A stretch of DNA of 64,000 nt from a bacterium (GCA_030647655.1 JAUSJH010000002.1:130445-194444); one strand, 5' to 3'; positions 18,276 through 27,954 are shown, counted from the first letter of the stretch. Notes: generated by a model from the sequence alone, not told the origin. A program made the numbers and translations.

Positions 18276-18550
18276 AATCGTTCACAGAAGAGGTGCGCGA
18301 CATCGTGCGGAAAATACCTAGGGGTAAGTCAATGACATACAAAGAGGTTGCCGCAAAGGCGGGGAATTCAAAAGCGGCGCGAGCCGTTGGCGCCATCATG
18401 CGCTCCAATTACAATCGCGATATCCCGTGCCACCGCGTCGTTCGCTCCGACGGCTCACTAGGGAATTACAACAGGGGCGGAACATTGCGAAAGCGCGAAA
18501 TTTTGACGAGAGAAGGGGCCTTTGAGTTCAAGAGTAGAGGAAGTTCTTGA
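18272..18550 (+). CDS. MGMT-family DNA-binding domain protein (methylated-DNA-protein-cysteine methyltransferase C-domain-like)
   Basis: YKEVAAKAGNSKAARAVGAIMRSNYNRDIPCHRVVRSDGSLGNY; the PCHR active-site cysteine is present. Only 92 aa, and overlaps the upstream nuclease by 4 bp. Confidence 0.7.
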   Translation: MKSFTEEVRDIVRKIPRGKSMTYKEVAAKAGNSKAARAVGAIMRSNYNRDIPCHRVVRSDGSLGNYNRGGTLRKREILTREGAFEFKSRGSS

Positions 18551-19982
18551 ATTGCCACGGGTCGCCCACGTCGGCGTCGTCGCCAAAGAGCGCGCCGTCC
18601 CTTTTGAGCGGCGTCCAATCAGTGAATGCGCCGGTCATCTTACCCATGTACGGGGTGATTATCTTCATGATGCGCTCAAAATCTATCTCGTCGGCTTCCA
18701 CGATTCCTTCCCGCGGATGTTCAATCGCCCACACCATTCCGCCGAGCACTCCAGCCGTCACTTGCAGTCCGGTCGCGTTTTGGTAGGGCGCGAGCTTCCG
18801 CGTCTCCTCAATGGTCAATTGCGAGCCATACCAATACGCGCCTTTTTTGTGTCCCATCAGAAGCACTCCGAGCTCGTCCATGCCGGATTCTATTTCTTCA
18901 AGAAGAATGCGCTGTTCGGGCTGAAGGACATTATTGTTGCCGAGACATTCTTCTAGGGAGAGGAGCGACGCGTCGCAAGAGCGGTATGCGTAGTGTACCG
19001 TCGGTCGGTAGACCGTCTCGTCCTTTTGTTTGAGGGAAAAGTAATCAGCGATGGATATGGATTCGTTGTGCGTCACTGCTCGTCCAAGGAAATGCCCGTG
19101 CTGAGGCGTCCATGTGCGTACGAGCACTTTCGCACCGGGGCGTTCGAGGTAGATGGCCGCGCCGCATCCGAAATCGTGCCGACGCGCACCTTTCGGCCAA
19201 TGTTTCTCGTGCGTACCCCAGCCCATCTCGCTCGGCTGGTTGATCCCTTCCGAATGAAAGCCGTTCACGGACCACGTGTTCTCAAATCTACCGATTTTCT
19301 TCGGCGTGGACGCGACTTGTGAATCATATTCGGCAATATGGATGGTCCGGACAGAAAGTTTGCGCATCAAAGCCGCCCACTCTTTGCGATTCTGGGGTTT
19401 TTTCACTTTGTAGCCGATCTTTTTTGCGATATTAAGAAGCGCTTGTTTTACGAAGTGGGAGACGATACCGGGATTTGCTCCGTGCGCCACGACCGAAGTC
19501 GCTTTCCCCATTGAAGTTTTCTTGAGCGCAAGTGCATTCTCGCGCAATCCATAGTTGGAGCGCTGGGATATGGTGAGCGATGGGTCGCTGTATCCGCCGA
19601 ACCACGGTTCGATACAGGTATCAAGGTAGAGAATATCGTGCTTGTGGCAGAATTGTATGAGGTCAAGCGATGAAACGTCCACCGAAAGGTTCAAGAGAAA
19701 ATCTCCCGGACCAATGCGCGAGCGGAGTACTTTTTCATAATTTTCGCTCGTGACAGCTTTGATGCGGAATCGAATACCTTCTTTACGCGCAACACCGCGT
19801 CCGGTAGGATCCGCAGTGATAATACTGATATTCTTTCTATCAATTCCGATGTGCCGTAGTATCAAAGGGAGTACCCCCTGACCGATGCTTCCAAATCCGA
19901 TTATCAGTAACTTTCCGGGAAATCGCACATAGACAGGATACGGAGGCTTCCGCGATTGTCGTTTTTTATTCCTCTTCGCCAT
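18528..19982 (-). CDS. homospermidine synthase-like / saccharopine dehydrogenase family NAD(P)-binding protein
   Basis: N-terminal Rossmann fold (LLIIGFGSIGQGVLPLILRH) and a length of about 480 aa are typical of bacterial Hss. Confidence 0.55.
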   Translation of the reverse strand: MAKRNKKRQSRKPPYPVYVRFPGKLLIIGFGSIGQGVLPLILRHIGIDRKNISIITADPTGRGVARKEGIRFRIKAVTSENYEKVLRSRIGPGDFLLNLSVDVSSLDLIQFCHKHDILYLDTCIEPWFGGYSDPSLTISQRSNYGLRENALALKKTSMGKATSVVAHGANPGIVSHFVKQALLNIAKKIGYKVKKPQNRKEWAALMRKLSVRTIHIAEYDSQVASTPKKIGRFENTWSVNGFHSEGINQPSEMGWGTHEKHWPKGARRHDFGCGAAIYLERPGAKVLVRTWTPQHGHFLGRAVTHNESISIADYFSLKQKDETVYRPTVHYAYRSCDASLLSLEECLGNNNVLQPEQRILLEEIESGMDELGVLLMGHKKGAYWYGSQLTIEETRKLAPYQNATGLQVTAGVLGGMVWAIEHPREGIVEADEIDFERIMKIITPYMGKMTGAFTDWTPLKRDGALFGDDADVGDPWQFKNFLYS

Positions 19983-20015
19983 TGTTTTGATAGTACCTTG
20001 ATATATAAAAAAGTC

Positions 20016-20084
20016 TATACCCCGTGAGATAGAAACGGTCTACGTCTATAACAAAAAACAATTGATTTTATCTCACGGGGTATA
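20016..20084. promoter_or_regulatory. perfect 16-bp inverted repeat in the hss/ung divergent intergenic region
   Basis: TATACCCCGTGAGATA (20016-20031) and TATCTCACGGGGTATA (20069-20084) are separated by 37 nt; the right arm ends 8 nt before the ung ATG. Confidence 0.4.
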
Positions 20085-20092
20085 CTTGCGGC

Positions 20093-20773
20093 ATGGGAGA
20101 TAAAGAGGAGGACGTAAAAATTGAAGCCTCGTGGAAAGAGGCGCTGAAAGACGAGTTTGGGCAAGAGTATTTCAAGACTTTACGCGAGTTTGTGAAAGGG
20201 GAATATCAGCACGCCATCGTTTACCCCGCGCCAAAAAATATTTTCCGCGCTTTTGAGCTGTGCCCTTTTGATAAAGTCGAAGTCGTAATCCTCGGGCAAG
20301 ACCCGTACCACGGTGCAAGCCAAGCCAACGGCCTCTGCTTTGCGGTCAGTGAGGGCGTGCCCTTGCCGCCGTCGCTCCAAAATATTTTTAAAGAGCTGGC
20401 GACCGACATCGGGCCCGTGAAAAACAAAACGGGGGACTTGGAACGCTGGGCCAAGCAGGGTGTGTTGCTCTTGAACGCGACCTTGACGGTGCACGCACGC
20501 ACGGCCGGCTCGCATCAGGGGAAGGGGTGGGAAGAATTCACCGACGCTGTCATCCGCAAGCTCTCCGAAGAGCGCGAGAATCTGGTTTTCATCCTCTGGG
20601 GCAACTACGCCAAACAGAAAGTATCCGCGGTAGACCGCGCCAAGCATCTCGTGCTCGAATCCGCACATCCTTCGCCCTTTTCAGCGGCCAACGGCTTCTT
20701 CGGCTCCAAACCTTTCAGCAAAACGAACGAATATCTGGTCGAACACAACAAAAAACCGATTGATTGGTTGTGA
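20093..20773 (+). CDS. ung: uracil-DNA glycosylase (family 1)
   Basis: LGQDPYHGASQANGLCFAV and LLLNATLTVHARTAGSHQGKGWEEFT. Confidence 0.9.
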   Translation: MGDKEEDVKIEASWKEALKDEFGQEYFKTLREFVKGEYQHAIVYPAPKNIFRAFELCPFDKVEVVILGQDPYHGASQANGLCFAVSEGVPLPPSLQNIFKELATDIGPVKNKTGDLERWAKQGVLLLNATLTVHARTAGSHQGKGWEEFTDAVIRKLSEERENLVFILWGNYAKQKVSAVDRAKHLVLESAHPSPFSAANGFFGSKPFSKTNEYLVEHNKKPIDWL

Positions 20774-20855
20774 GTTGACGCTTAGTTCGGATTATTGTAT
20801 TTTCATGAGCGGGAAGGTCAGTCAGGCCACCCGTAACATCAACTGGGAGCGAGAC

Positions 20856-21245
20856 ATGACACACGTTCTTCGGTCCGTTGCCATCGCAGTGTTGGCGTGC
20901 TTTCTGGGAGCTACGACGGCCAGCGCACAAACCACCACCTTATCGCATAACTGGTCTGGCGAGCTCGTGCAGCTGAAAGAAATGGGCACCTGCGGTCCAT
21001 ACTTCAATGATGCCGGCAGTCACGCGTTTTTCAGCCTCACGCGCCGCTCGATCGAGGGTGAGACGGTGCGTCCTGTTTTTGTGATGTCAAAGCGCAATAT
21101 CACCCTGATTGCGGACGATGCGCAGACGGTGCCGTACGCCTGGCTTTCGTTTAATCTGGCAACCGGGCGACCCGTCGTCACCATCAAAGCATCAACGCTC
21201 GACATTCAAAAAGCAAAGTGCTTGAGCGTCATCAAGACCGAATAG
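20856..21245 (+). CDS. hypothetical secreted protein
   Basis: Signal peptide MTHVLRSVAIAVLACFLGATTASAQ; no family recognised. Confidence 0.45.
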   Translation: MTHVLRSVAIAVLACFLGATTASAQTTTLSHNWSGELVQLKEMGTCGPYFNDAGSHAFFSLTRRSIEGETVRPVFVMSKRNITLIADDAQTVPYAWLSFNLATGRPVVTIKASTLDIQKAKCLSVIKTE

Positions 21246-21280
21246 GGTATCGACCTTTAAGGCCTAGCACAAATTGCATA

Positions 21281-21306
21281 GAGGGCGCGGCCGTTGTCGC
21301 GCCCTC
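21281..21306. terminator. bidirectional hairpin terminator between convergent genes
   Basis: GAGGGCGCG-gccgttgt-CGCGCCCTC followed by CTTGTTTA. Confidence 0.55.
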
Positions 21307-21311
21307 CTTGT

Positions 21312-22595
21312 TTAGACACGGAGAAGAGTATGGAGAGATTCTTTACGCAAATGCGGGCCGATGATGGCGAGGTTGAGGCCGTTGGTTTTTAGGATGTCCT
21401 GTGCGACGCGCTGAATGTCATTCGCACTTACTTTATCAACACCTTTGATGACCTCTTCCAACGTGCGGACTCTCCCGAGGTTGATGAGAGATGTCGCCGC
21501 ATGTCCCGCGACCTCGTCGCTCGTTTCGAGTGCCAGTGTCATCGTGCCTTTGATGTAAGACTTTGCCTTTTCAAGTTCTCGTGCGGAAACTTTTGTCCGC
21601 TTTATCTTCTTGAACTCCGCGAGGATGGTCTGAACCGTTTTTTCCAACTTTCCGTGCTCCACGCCGGCTTGCACCACGAAATAGCCTGTGTCTGGATATT
21701 TTTCCACCGATGCGTGCACGGAATAGGCGAGTCCGCGCTTCTCGCGTACTTCGGTGAAAAGGCGGCTGCTCATGCCTCCGCCGAGAATTGTGGCGAGGAC
21801 TGTGAGCGCGTACTCGTCTTTGTGCAGGTATGGATACGAAGGTACGCCGAGCATCAGCTGGGTCTGATCGGTCTTCTTTTCCTTAATCGCGATGCACGGA
21901 GCCTCTTGTACCGAGGCGAAGGGAATGGGTTTTTGCTCGCCGCGCTTCTTCAGGCGCCCGAAATCACGCGCTATCTTTGCGAGAACTTTTTTCGTCGAAA
22001 ACGCTCCTGCGACGCAGACGACTGTGTTGGCAGGCGTGTAGTGTGTCTGGAGGTAGTGGGAAAAATCGGAACGTTTGAACGCGCGGATATTTTCCTTCGG
22101 GCCGAGAATGGTCCGGCCGAGCGGGTGCTCGCTTCCGAAAATGAGCGCATCGAAGACATTGTCTATCGTGCGCATCGGCATGTCCTCATACATATCTATC
22201 TCTTGGATGATGGCGCCGCGCTCTTTTGTTATCTCTTTGCTCGGGAGTGTGGAATTGAGAAATATGTCGCTTATCACATCGAGTGCGGTATCCAGATATC
22301 GGCCGCTCACCTTGGCATAGTAGGCGGTGCGGTCTTTTGCGGTGAAGGCGTTGTAGACACTGCCGATTGTGTCGAGTTCCTCGCTGATAGCCCGTGCGCT
22401 CGGGCGTTTCTTGGTGCCCTTGAAGAACATGTGCTCCAAGAAGTGCGCGAGCCCGTTCTCGTGCATATTTTCATACCGCGAGCCCGTGCCGCTCATCACG
22501 ACGACGGTCGCGGTCGCCGTCTCCGGCATGGGAGCGAGTACGACCCGCAGACCATTCCGCAAAGTGTGTAGTCCGTACTTCATTGCGAAGAGCAT
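21312..22595 (-). CDS. M16 family zinc peptidase (insulinase-like)
   Basis: HxxEH inverzincin motif (GLAHFLEHMFFKGTKKRP) and two M16 domains; the start was taken at MLFAMKYGLHTL. Confidence 0.8.
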   Translation of the reverse strand: MLFAMKYGLHTLRNGLRVVLAPMPETATATVVVMSGTGSRYENMHENGLAHFLEHMFFKGTKKRPSARAISEELDTIGSVYNAFTAKDRTAYYAKVSGRYLDTALDVISDIFLNSTLPSKEITKERGAIIQEIDMYEDMPMRTIDNVFDALIFGSEHPLGRTILGPKENIRAFKRSDFSHYLQTHYTPANTVVCVAGAFSTKKVLAKIARDFGRLKKRGEQKPIPFASVQEAPCIAIKEKKTDQTQLMLGVPSYPYLHKDEYALTVLATILGGGMSSRLFTEVREKRGLAYSVHASVEKYPDTGYFVVQAGVEHGKLEKTVQTILAEFKKIKRTKVSARELEKAKSYIKGTMTLALETSDEVAGHAATSLINLGRVRTLEEVIKGVDKVSANDIQRVAQDILKTNGLNLAIIGPHLRKESLHTLLRV

Positions 22596-22647
22596 AGTAC
22601 CTTTCCATCTGTTGCACAAACCAAGCAAACACGTTACTTTAACTTGA

Positions 22648-24573
22648 ATGACCATAAACGAGATACGCACAAAGTACCTCAAGTTTTTCGAGGCGCGCAG
22701 GCATACCATAATCCCGAGTGCGCCCATCGTGCCGCAGAACGACCCGACAACGCTTTTTACGGGCTCCGGTATGCAGCCCCTCATCACCTATTTATTGGGT
22801 GCACCGCACCCGCAAGGCAATCGTTTGGTCAACAGCCAAAAAAGTTTTCGCGCAGAAGACATCGAAGAGGTGGGGGACAACAGACACACGACATTCTTCG
22901 AAATGCTCGGCAACTGGTCGTTGGGCGATTATTTCAAAAAAGAGCAGTTGCCATGGTTCTTCGAGTTTCTCACGAAGGAAATCGGGCTTGACACACAAAA
23001 ATTGTACGTAACAGTATTCATCGGCGATGAGAAAAACAACGTGCCACGTGATACGGAATCTGCTGAAATCTGGCAAAAATTGTTCGCGGACAAAGATATA
23101 GAGGCGAAAGTCGTCGAAGTTGGTTCCGAAGCTGATGGCTACCGGCTCGGTATGCAAGAAGGTCGCATCTTTTTCTACGACGCGAGTAAAAATTGGTGGA
23201 GTAGGGCAGGCGTGCCGGAGAATATGCCCGCAGGAGAGCCGGGAGGACCGGATTCGGAGGTATTCTACGATTTCGGCACGCCACACGACCCCAAATTCGG
23301 CCCCGAATGTCACCCCAATTGCGACTGTGGGCGATTTCTTGAGATAGGAAACTCGGTTTTTATGCAGTATCTCAAGCAGCCCGATGGTTCCTTCGAGCTT
23401 CTTCCAAAACAGAACGTAGACTTCGGCGGCGGGCTCGAGCGTATCGCGGCGGCAGCACAGAACAACCCTGACGTGTTTGCCATCGATGTCTTCGCCGACA
23501 CAATCGGCCTCCTCATTCATTTTTCCGGCAAAGAATATACCGACAGCCGCTACACGCGCTCATTCCGTATCGTCGCAGACCACATGCGCGCCGCCACCTT
23601 TATGTTGGGAGCGGGAGTGCGACCCGCCAACACCGAACGAGGCTATGTGTTGCGACGCTTGCTACGTCGTGCGGCTCAACACGCACAGAAACTCGGTGTC
23701 GAACACGGAGAGGGCAAAGAGAGCATGCTCGTCAAATGTGCGGTGAATTTTATAGAGAAGTATAAGCAGGCGTATCCGGAACTAGTAAGTGAGGAGGTAT
23801 ATCAGATAATTAGCGACGAAATATGGAAAGAGGAAAAACAGTTCGCTCATACGCTCGAAAGCGGCATGCGGGAGTTCGAGAAGGTTGCGCAGGCAGGGCA
23901 CATCTCGAGCGACGACGCTTTTGTACTCTTCACCACCTACGGATTTCCATTCGAGATGACGCTCGAGCTTGCGCATGAGCGTGGGATTGATGTAGACGAA
24001 GACGGCTTTGCGACCGCGATGAAGAAGCACCGTGAATTGAGTCGCGCCGGAAGCGAGCAAAAATTCAAAGGCGGATTAGCAGACACATCAGAGAAAACAA
24101 CGCGCCTCCACACCGCGCACCATCTCTTGTTGAAGGCGCTTCAGATAGTGCTCGGACCGACCGTCAAACAGCGCGGCTCCAACATCACACAAGAGCGCCT
24201 GCGCATCGATTTTTCGTACGGCGCGAAGATGACACTCGAGCAACTCAAAGAGGTGGAGCGCATCGTGAATGAAAAGATCGCTGAAGCGCTCCCGATGATA
24301 CACTCGACACTTCCAAAAGAAGAGGCGGAAAAACTTGGCGCCGAGCATGAATTCGGTGCGAAGTATCCCGACATGGTCTCGGTCTACGCGCTTGGGCCGA
24401 AAGGCGCAACCAAAGCGAATCCTCAACTCGACAAAGCATTCTCTATAGAATTTTGCGGCGGCCCGCACGTCTCGAACACGAAGGAGATCGGTGAAGGAGG
24501 CACATTCAAAATACAAAAAGAAGAAGCCGTCGCCGCAGGCATCAGGCGCATAAAGGCTGTCTTGACCGATTAG
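22648..24573 (+). CDS. alaS: alanine--tRNA ligase (short form lacking C-Ala domain)
   Basis: The N-terminus (FFEARRHTIIPSAPIVPQNDPTTLFTGSGMQP) is AlaRS. The editing-domain motifs HTAHHLL and CGGPHV are present. The protein is 641 aa and ends just after the editing domain. Confidence 0.9.
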   Translation: MTINEIRTKYLKFFEARRHTIIPSAPIVPQNDPTTLFTGSGMQPLITYLLGAPHPQGNRLVNSQKSFRAEDIEEVGDNRHTTFFEMLGNWSLGDYFKKEQLPWFFEFLTKEIGLDTQKLYVTVFIGDEKNNVPRDTESAEIWQKLFADKDIEAKVVEVGSEADGYRLGMQEGRIFFYDASKNWWSRAGVPENMPAGEPGGPDSEVFYDFGTPHDPKFGPECHPNCDCGRFLEIGNSVFMQYLKQPDGSFELLPKQNVDFGGGLERIAAAAQNNPDVFAIDVFADTIGLLIHFSGKEYTDSRYTRSFRIVADHMRAATFMLGAGVRPANTERGYVLRRLLRRAAQHAQKLGVEHGEGKESMLVKCAVNFIEKYKQAYPELVSEEVYQIISDEIWKEEKQFAHTLESGMREFEKVAQAGHISSDDAFVLFTTYGFPFEMTLELAHERGIDVDEDGFATAMKKHRELSRAGSEQKFKGGLADTSEKTTRLHTAHHLLLKALQIVLGPTVKQRGSNITQERLRIDFSYGAKMTLEQLKEVERIVNEKIAEALPMIHSTLPKEEAEKLGAEHEFGAKYPDMVSVYALGPKGATKANPQLDKAFSIEFCGGPHVSNTKEIGEGGTFKIQKEEAVAAGIRRIKAVLTD

Positions 24574-24627
24574 ATTCGTGAGTTCATAGTGTCCACCAGT
24601 GGGCATCCCGCCCCAAGGAGAACGGCC

Positions 24628-25182
24628 ATGGCCGCACAAGGTGGAAATGCCCCAGCCGAGGCAAGAGGGCCTGGCTGGTGGATCGTTAACTCAGCCGTTG
24701 GTGAGGAGATCTTCGCCAAATGCGGTTGTTGCGGGCAGAAAATCGGACCCATGTATCAGGTCATCCGCGTCAGCGACAAGCAGGACAGCGAATGGCACCG
24801 CCTCGGAAAATTTGGTAAGGAGTGGAACGCGGGCTATCCGTTGGCTACACTCGCGACCGTTCTCGCCTTCGGTATCACATTCGGCATTGGTCTGGGGTTG
24901 TTACCGGAAGCACGTCTTGATCAATACCAACACATGCTTCTGGGCATCGTGCTGGCGAGCATGGCGGTAGCTGGGATTGTGATTCTCGGCACCGTCTTGC
25001 CGATGAACCGCTACAACCGGAAAGTGCGGGCAAATCGCAAGCGCTTGCAGGCTGCGTTTCTGGCGCAATTTGGCGCTATGACACCGGACGAGGTTGCAAC
25101 GCCGTATTCGTGGGGCGGAGGCATCAAATATGCCCTCGTTCCCGACGGTGTCAACAATGAACTGCAATACCAGACCTACTAA
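24628..25182 (+). CDS. hypothetical membrane protein with N-terminal Cys-rich motif
   Basis: A CGCCGQ motif and two TM helices; the start is uncertain (ORF opens at 24589). Confidence 0.35.
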   Translation: MAAQGGNAPAEARGPGWWIVNSAVGEEIFAKCGCCGQKIGPMYQVIRVSDKQDSEWHRLGKFGKEWNAGYPLATLATVLAFGITFGIGLGLLPEARLDQYQHMLLGIVLASMAVAGIVILGTVLPMNRYNRKVRANRKRLQAAFLAQFGAMTPDEVATPYSWGGGIKYALVPDGVNNELQYQTY

Positions 25183-25261
25183 GATTGAGCGCGGTGCTCA
25201 GACGAATTCCCCACGCCCCTGGCATTGTCCAGTGGGCGTGGAATATTTTCGCGCCTAGCTA

Positions 25262-26452
25262 TTGCAAGCTGATATACTAGGAGTCATGTTCGGTACACAC
25301 CTCGGGCGAGGGCGCGGGAAAATAGTCGCCGTCGCTGATATAGGAAGCGGAAGCGCGGCTGTCGCGATACTTGCACTGCATCCGAGAGCGCCGGCGACAG
25401 TCTTAGCGGCCACGCGCGCGATACTTCCTATTGAAGAGCGTACACAGGAAGCGCTCATTGCGGGGATTGGTGAACAGTTGGTAAAAGCGGCGGGCGAGGC
25501 CCAGAAACAGTACGCGGCTATGAACCCAAAAGGTGTTAAGCCTGTCAGAGCGCTATACTGCATCATTCGTGCGCCATGGAGTCGATCGCAAACGGCGCTT
25601 TCGGGCACAGCCTTCAAAGAAGAAACGACCATTACCGAGCAAATGGTGAGTGGGCTTGCCCAACAGGCGATTGCGACCGTAAAAGAATTGGACCCGCAGA
25701 ACTTTTTTGAAACAAGTGTTACTCGCGTCGAGTTGAACGGGTATCCTACAGGAGAGCCGATAGGAAAGCGCGCTCGCGAGATACGCATCTCTACCTTGGT
25801 GAGTGATTGCAATCCGCGCATACGCGCGGAAGTCGAAAGCTCGCTTCAGAGCGTGTTTCCCCACCTCTCTCCGGTATTCCGCTCCTCCACACGCGCACTT
25901 GTCTCGGTCTTGCGTGAGCTTCCCCAGAGAGAGCGGGATTATTTCATTGTGGATATGGCAAGCGAAGGCACTTCGCTCATCGCAGTTCGGGATGGCGTCC
26001 CTGCTGAACACATCTCTATTTCCGAAGGCGTACGCACTATATTGAATCGCATCTCTGATACTGGACTCCCTGAAGAAACATTGAGCCTCATACGGATGCT
26101 CGCTCGTGAAGAGTGCAGTACGACTGCATGCGAAACCATCCAACGTTCTTTGGGGCTCCTCGAACCCGAGCTCGTACGGGTATTCGGGGAAGCTATGAGC
26201 ACATGCGCCAAAGAGATGCGCCTGCCCAACGCGCTTCTTCTTATCGCGCATCCAGATGTGTCTCCGTGGCTTTCCAAGTTCTTCTCACGCATCGATTTTG
26301 CGCAATTCACCATGACGACACAACCCTTCATCGTAGGGACCATAGACATTCCCGATCTCGCGCATCTTGTAAAACCCCACAATGGCGTCGCCAGAGATAG
26401 CGCACTTGCGCTCGGGTGTGCACTTGTCAACATGGAAGAGAATCGGGCCTAA
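25262..26452 (+). CDS. hypothetical actin-like ATPase fold (ASKHA; FtsA/PilM/Ppx-GppA-like) protein
   Basis: IVAVADIGSGSAAVAIL is phosphate-1-like and YFIVDMASEGTSLIAV is phosphate-2-like; the assignment is weak. Confidence 0.4.
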   Translation: MQADILGVMFGTHLGRGRGKIVAVADIGSGSAAVAILALHPRAPATVLAATRAILPIEERTQEALIAGIGEQLVKAAGEAQKQYAAMNPKGVKPVRALYCIIRAPWSRSQTALSGTAFKEETTITEQMVSGLAQQAIATVKELDPQNFFETSVTRVELNGYPTGEPIGKRAREIRISTLVSDCNPRIRAEVESSLQSVFPHLSPVFRSSTRALVSVLRELPQRERDYFIVDMASEGTSLIAVRDGVPAEHISISEGVRTILNRISDTGLPEETLSLIRMLAREECSTTACETIQRSLGLLEPELVRVFGEAMSTCAKEMRLPNALLLIAHPDVSPWLSKFFSRIDFAQFTMTTQPFIVGTIDIPDLAHLVKPHNGVARDSALALGCALVNMEENRA

Positions 26453-26475
26453 TCTTTTGTTATACTGCAGAGACA

Positions 26476-27909
26476 ATGGCGAAAGATTATTTTCAGGACA
26501 TAATCCCTCCTGCGGGAGATTCGAATCCTCGCCCGCTTCCATCGCGGTTGGCTCCTCAAGCGTCACTACCTATAGAAGAGCCGCTTATGCCAGAACAAGG
26601 CGCCGGAGAAGACGTGAATGCCGTCCCCATACACGTCGGCGAGCCGCAGACACCACGCAGTATACGCAATATCTCGGGGCCCATACGCCAGCGATCGGCG
26701 CGCGCGGGGATGGTGGGTGGTGATATGCGCGAATCCGCATTCGTGAACCCGCCACCTAAGGCGCCGCGTAGTTTCTCAAACCTTTGGATATGGGCTCTCG
26801 CCATACTCTCATTTCTTGTCCTTGCCGGTCTTTTGCTTTTCGCCTTCCGTTCGACGACCGTCACCGTAACACCAAAATCACAAACTCTCACTCTCAATAA
26901 TACCGTCATCACCGCTTTTCCCGCAGAGAGCGCCACTTCCGGCATGCTTTTATATACAGTGCAGGGCTCTGATCTCGAGGACTCGGAAGTCGTGCCGGCG
27001 AAAGGCTCCACTCACGTAGAGGATAAAGCATCCGGCTCCATAACGGTGTACAACGATTATTCTACCGCGAGCCAACGTTTGATAAAAAATACACGCTTCG
27101 AAACTCCTGATGGTCTCGTATTCCGCACGCCGGCGGACATCGTCGTGCCGGGGAAAAGAGGGACTGTGCCCGGGCAGGTCAATGTCACGATCATTGCCGA
27201 TCAGGCAGGCGAGAAGTACAACATTGGCGCAATCGCACGCTTCACTTTGCCCGGACTGAAATCTAGTCCTGATATGTACGCCAAAATATACGCGAAATCG
27301 AGTGTCGCAATGACCGGTGGATTCGTGGGCGAACAACCGGGCACAGAGCCCGGAGCACTCGACAAAGGGAGAGCGGCAATCCGGAGCCGTTTTCAAGACA
27401 AGGCAAACGAAGCCGCGGCCGCAAAAGCAACATCCGACGTCTTTGCGCTTCCTGCCGCACTATCGTATCAAAGTCTACCCAACACTACGGAGGCGGGCGG
27501 AAGTGTGCGCATTCATGAAAAGGCTCATGTTGAGATTATTCTTCTATCTGTAGACGCGTTTGCTCAAGCGGTTGCGCAATCATCTTCTGCCAACATTGAA
27601 AATGGTTCGATGACACTGAAGACAAACGAGGATTTCGTCATCAATAATATGAGCGCTACCTCGAGCATTCTCGGCACGGATTCCCTGCATCTCTCTGTTT
27701 CCGGCACAGCACTCTTGGTTTGGAAAGTGGATGCAGGGGCGCTCGCGGCCGCACTCGCGGGTCGAGACCAGGGCGCATTCCAGACCATCGTGAATGGTTT
27801 TTCGAGCATTCAGGAAGCCAACGCTAGGATCGAGCCTTTTTGGAAAAATAGCTTTCCAGCCAATGCCGAGGATATCAAGGTGAAGGTAGTCGAACCGAAC
27901 GTCGATTGA
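26476..27909 (+). CDS. hypothetical single-pass membrane protein with Pro-rich cytoplasmic N-terminus and large extracytoplasmic domain
   Basis: A TM helix (LWIWALAILSFLVLAGLLLFAF) follows about 115 aa, then about 330 aa of beta-rich sequence; no family recognised. Confidence 0.45.
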   Translation: MAKDYFQDIIPPAGDSNPRPLPSRLAPQASLPIEEPLMPEQGAGEDVNAVPIHVGEPQTPRSIRNISGPIRQRSARAGMVGGDMRESAFVNPPPKAPRSFSNLWIWALAILSFLVLAGLLLFAFRSTTVTVTPKSQTLTLNNTVITAFPAESATSGMLLYTVQGSDLEDSEVVPAKGSTHVEDKASGSITVYNDYSTASQRLIKNTRFETPDGLVFRTPADIVVPGKRGTVPGQVNVTIIADQAGEKYNIGAIARFTLPGLKSSPDMYAKIYAKSSVAMTGGFVGEQPGTEPGALDKGRAAIRSRFQDKANEAAAAKATSDVFALPAALSYQSLPNTTEAGGSVRIHEKAHVEIILLSVDAFAQAVAQSSSANIENGSMTLKTNEDFVINNMSATSSILGTDSLHLSVSGTALLVWKVDAGALAAALAGRDQGAFQTIVNGFSSIQEANARIEPFWKNSFPANAEDIKVKVVEPNVD

Positions 27910-27954
27910 GGTTTGACCTAACCGGTCTAGGGTGCTATATTTCTTCGCGCAGAT

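Noticed and set aside
21501-22571. A 356-aa plus-strand ORF antisense to the M16 peptidase gene.
   Set aside because: It is antisense to a clear M16 peptidase with the HxxEH motif and has no homology signal of its own.
22792-23520. A 242-aa minus-strand ORF inside alaS.
   Set aside because: Antisense ORF within the alaS gene.
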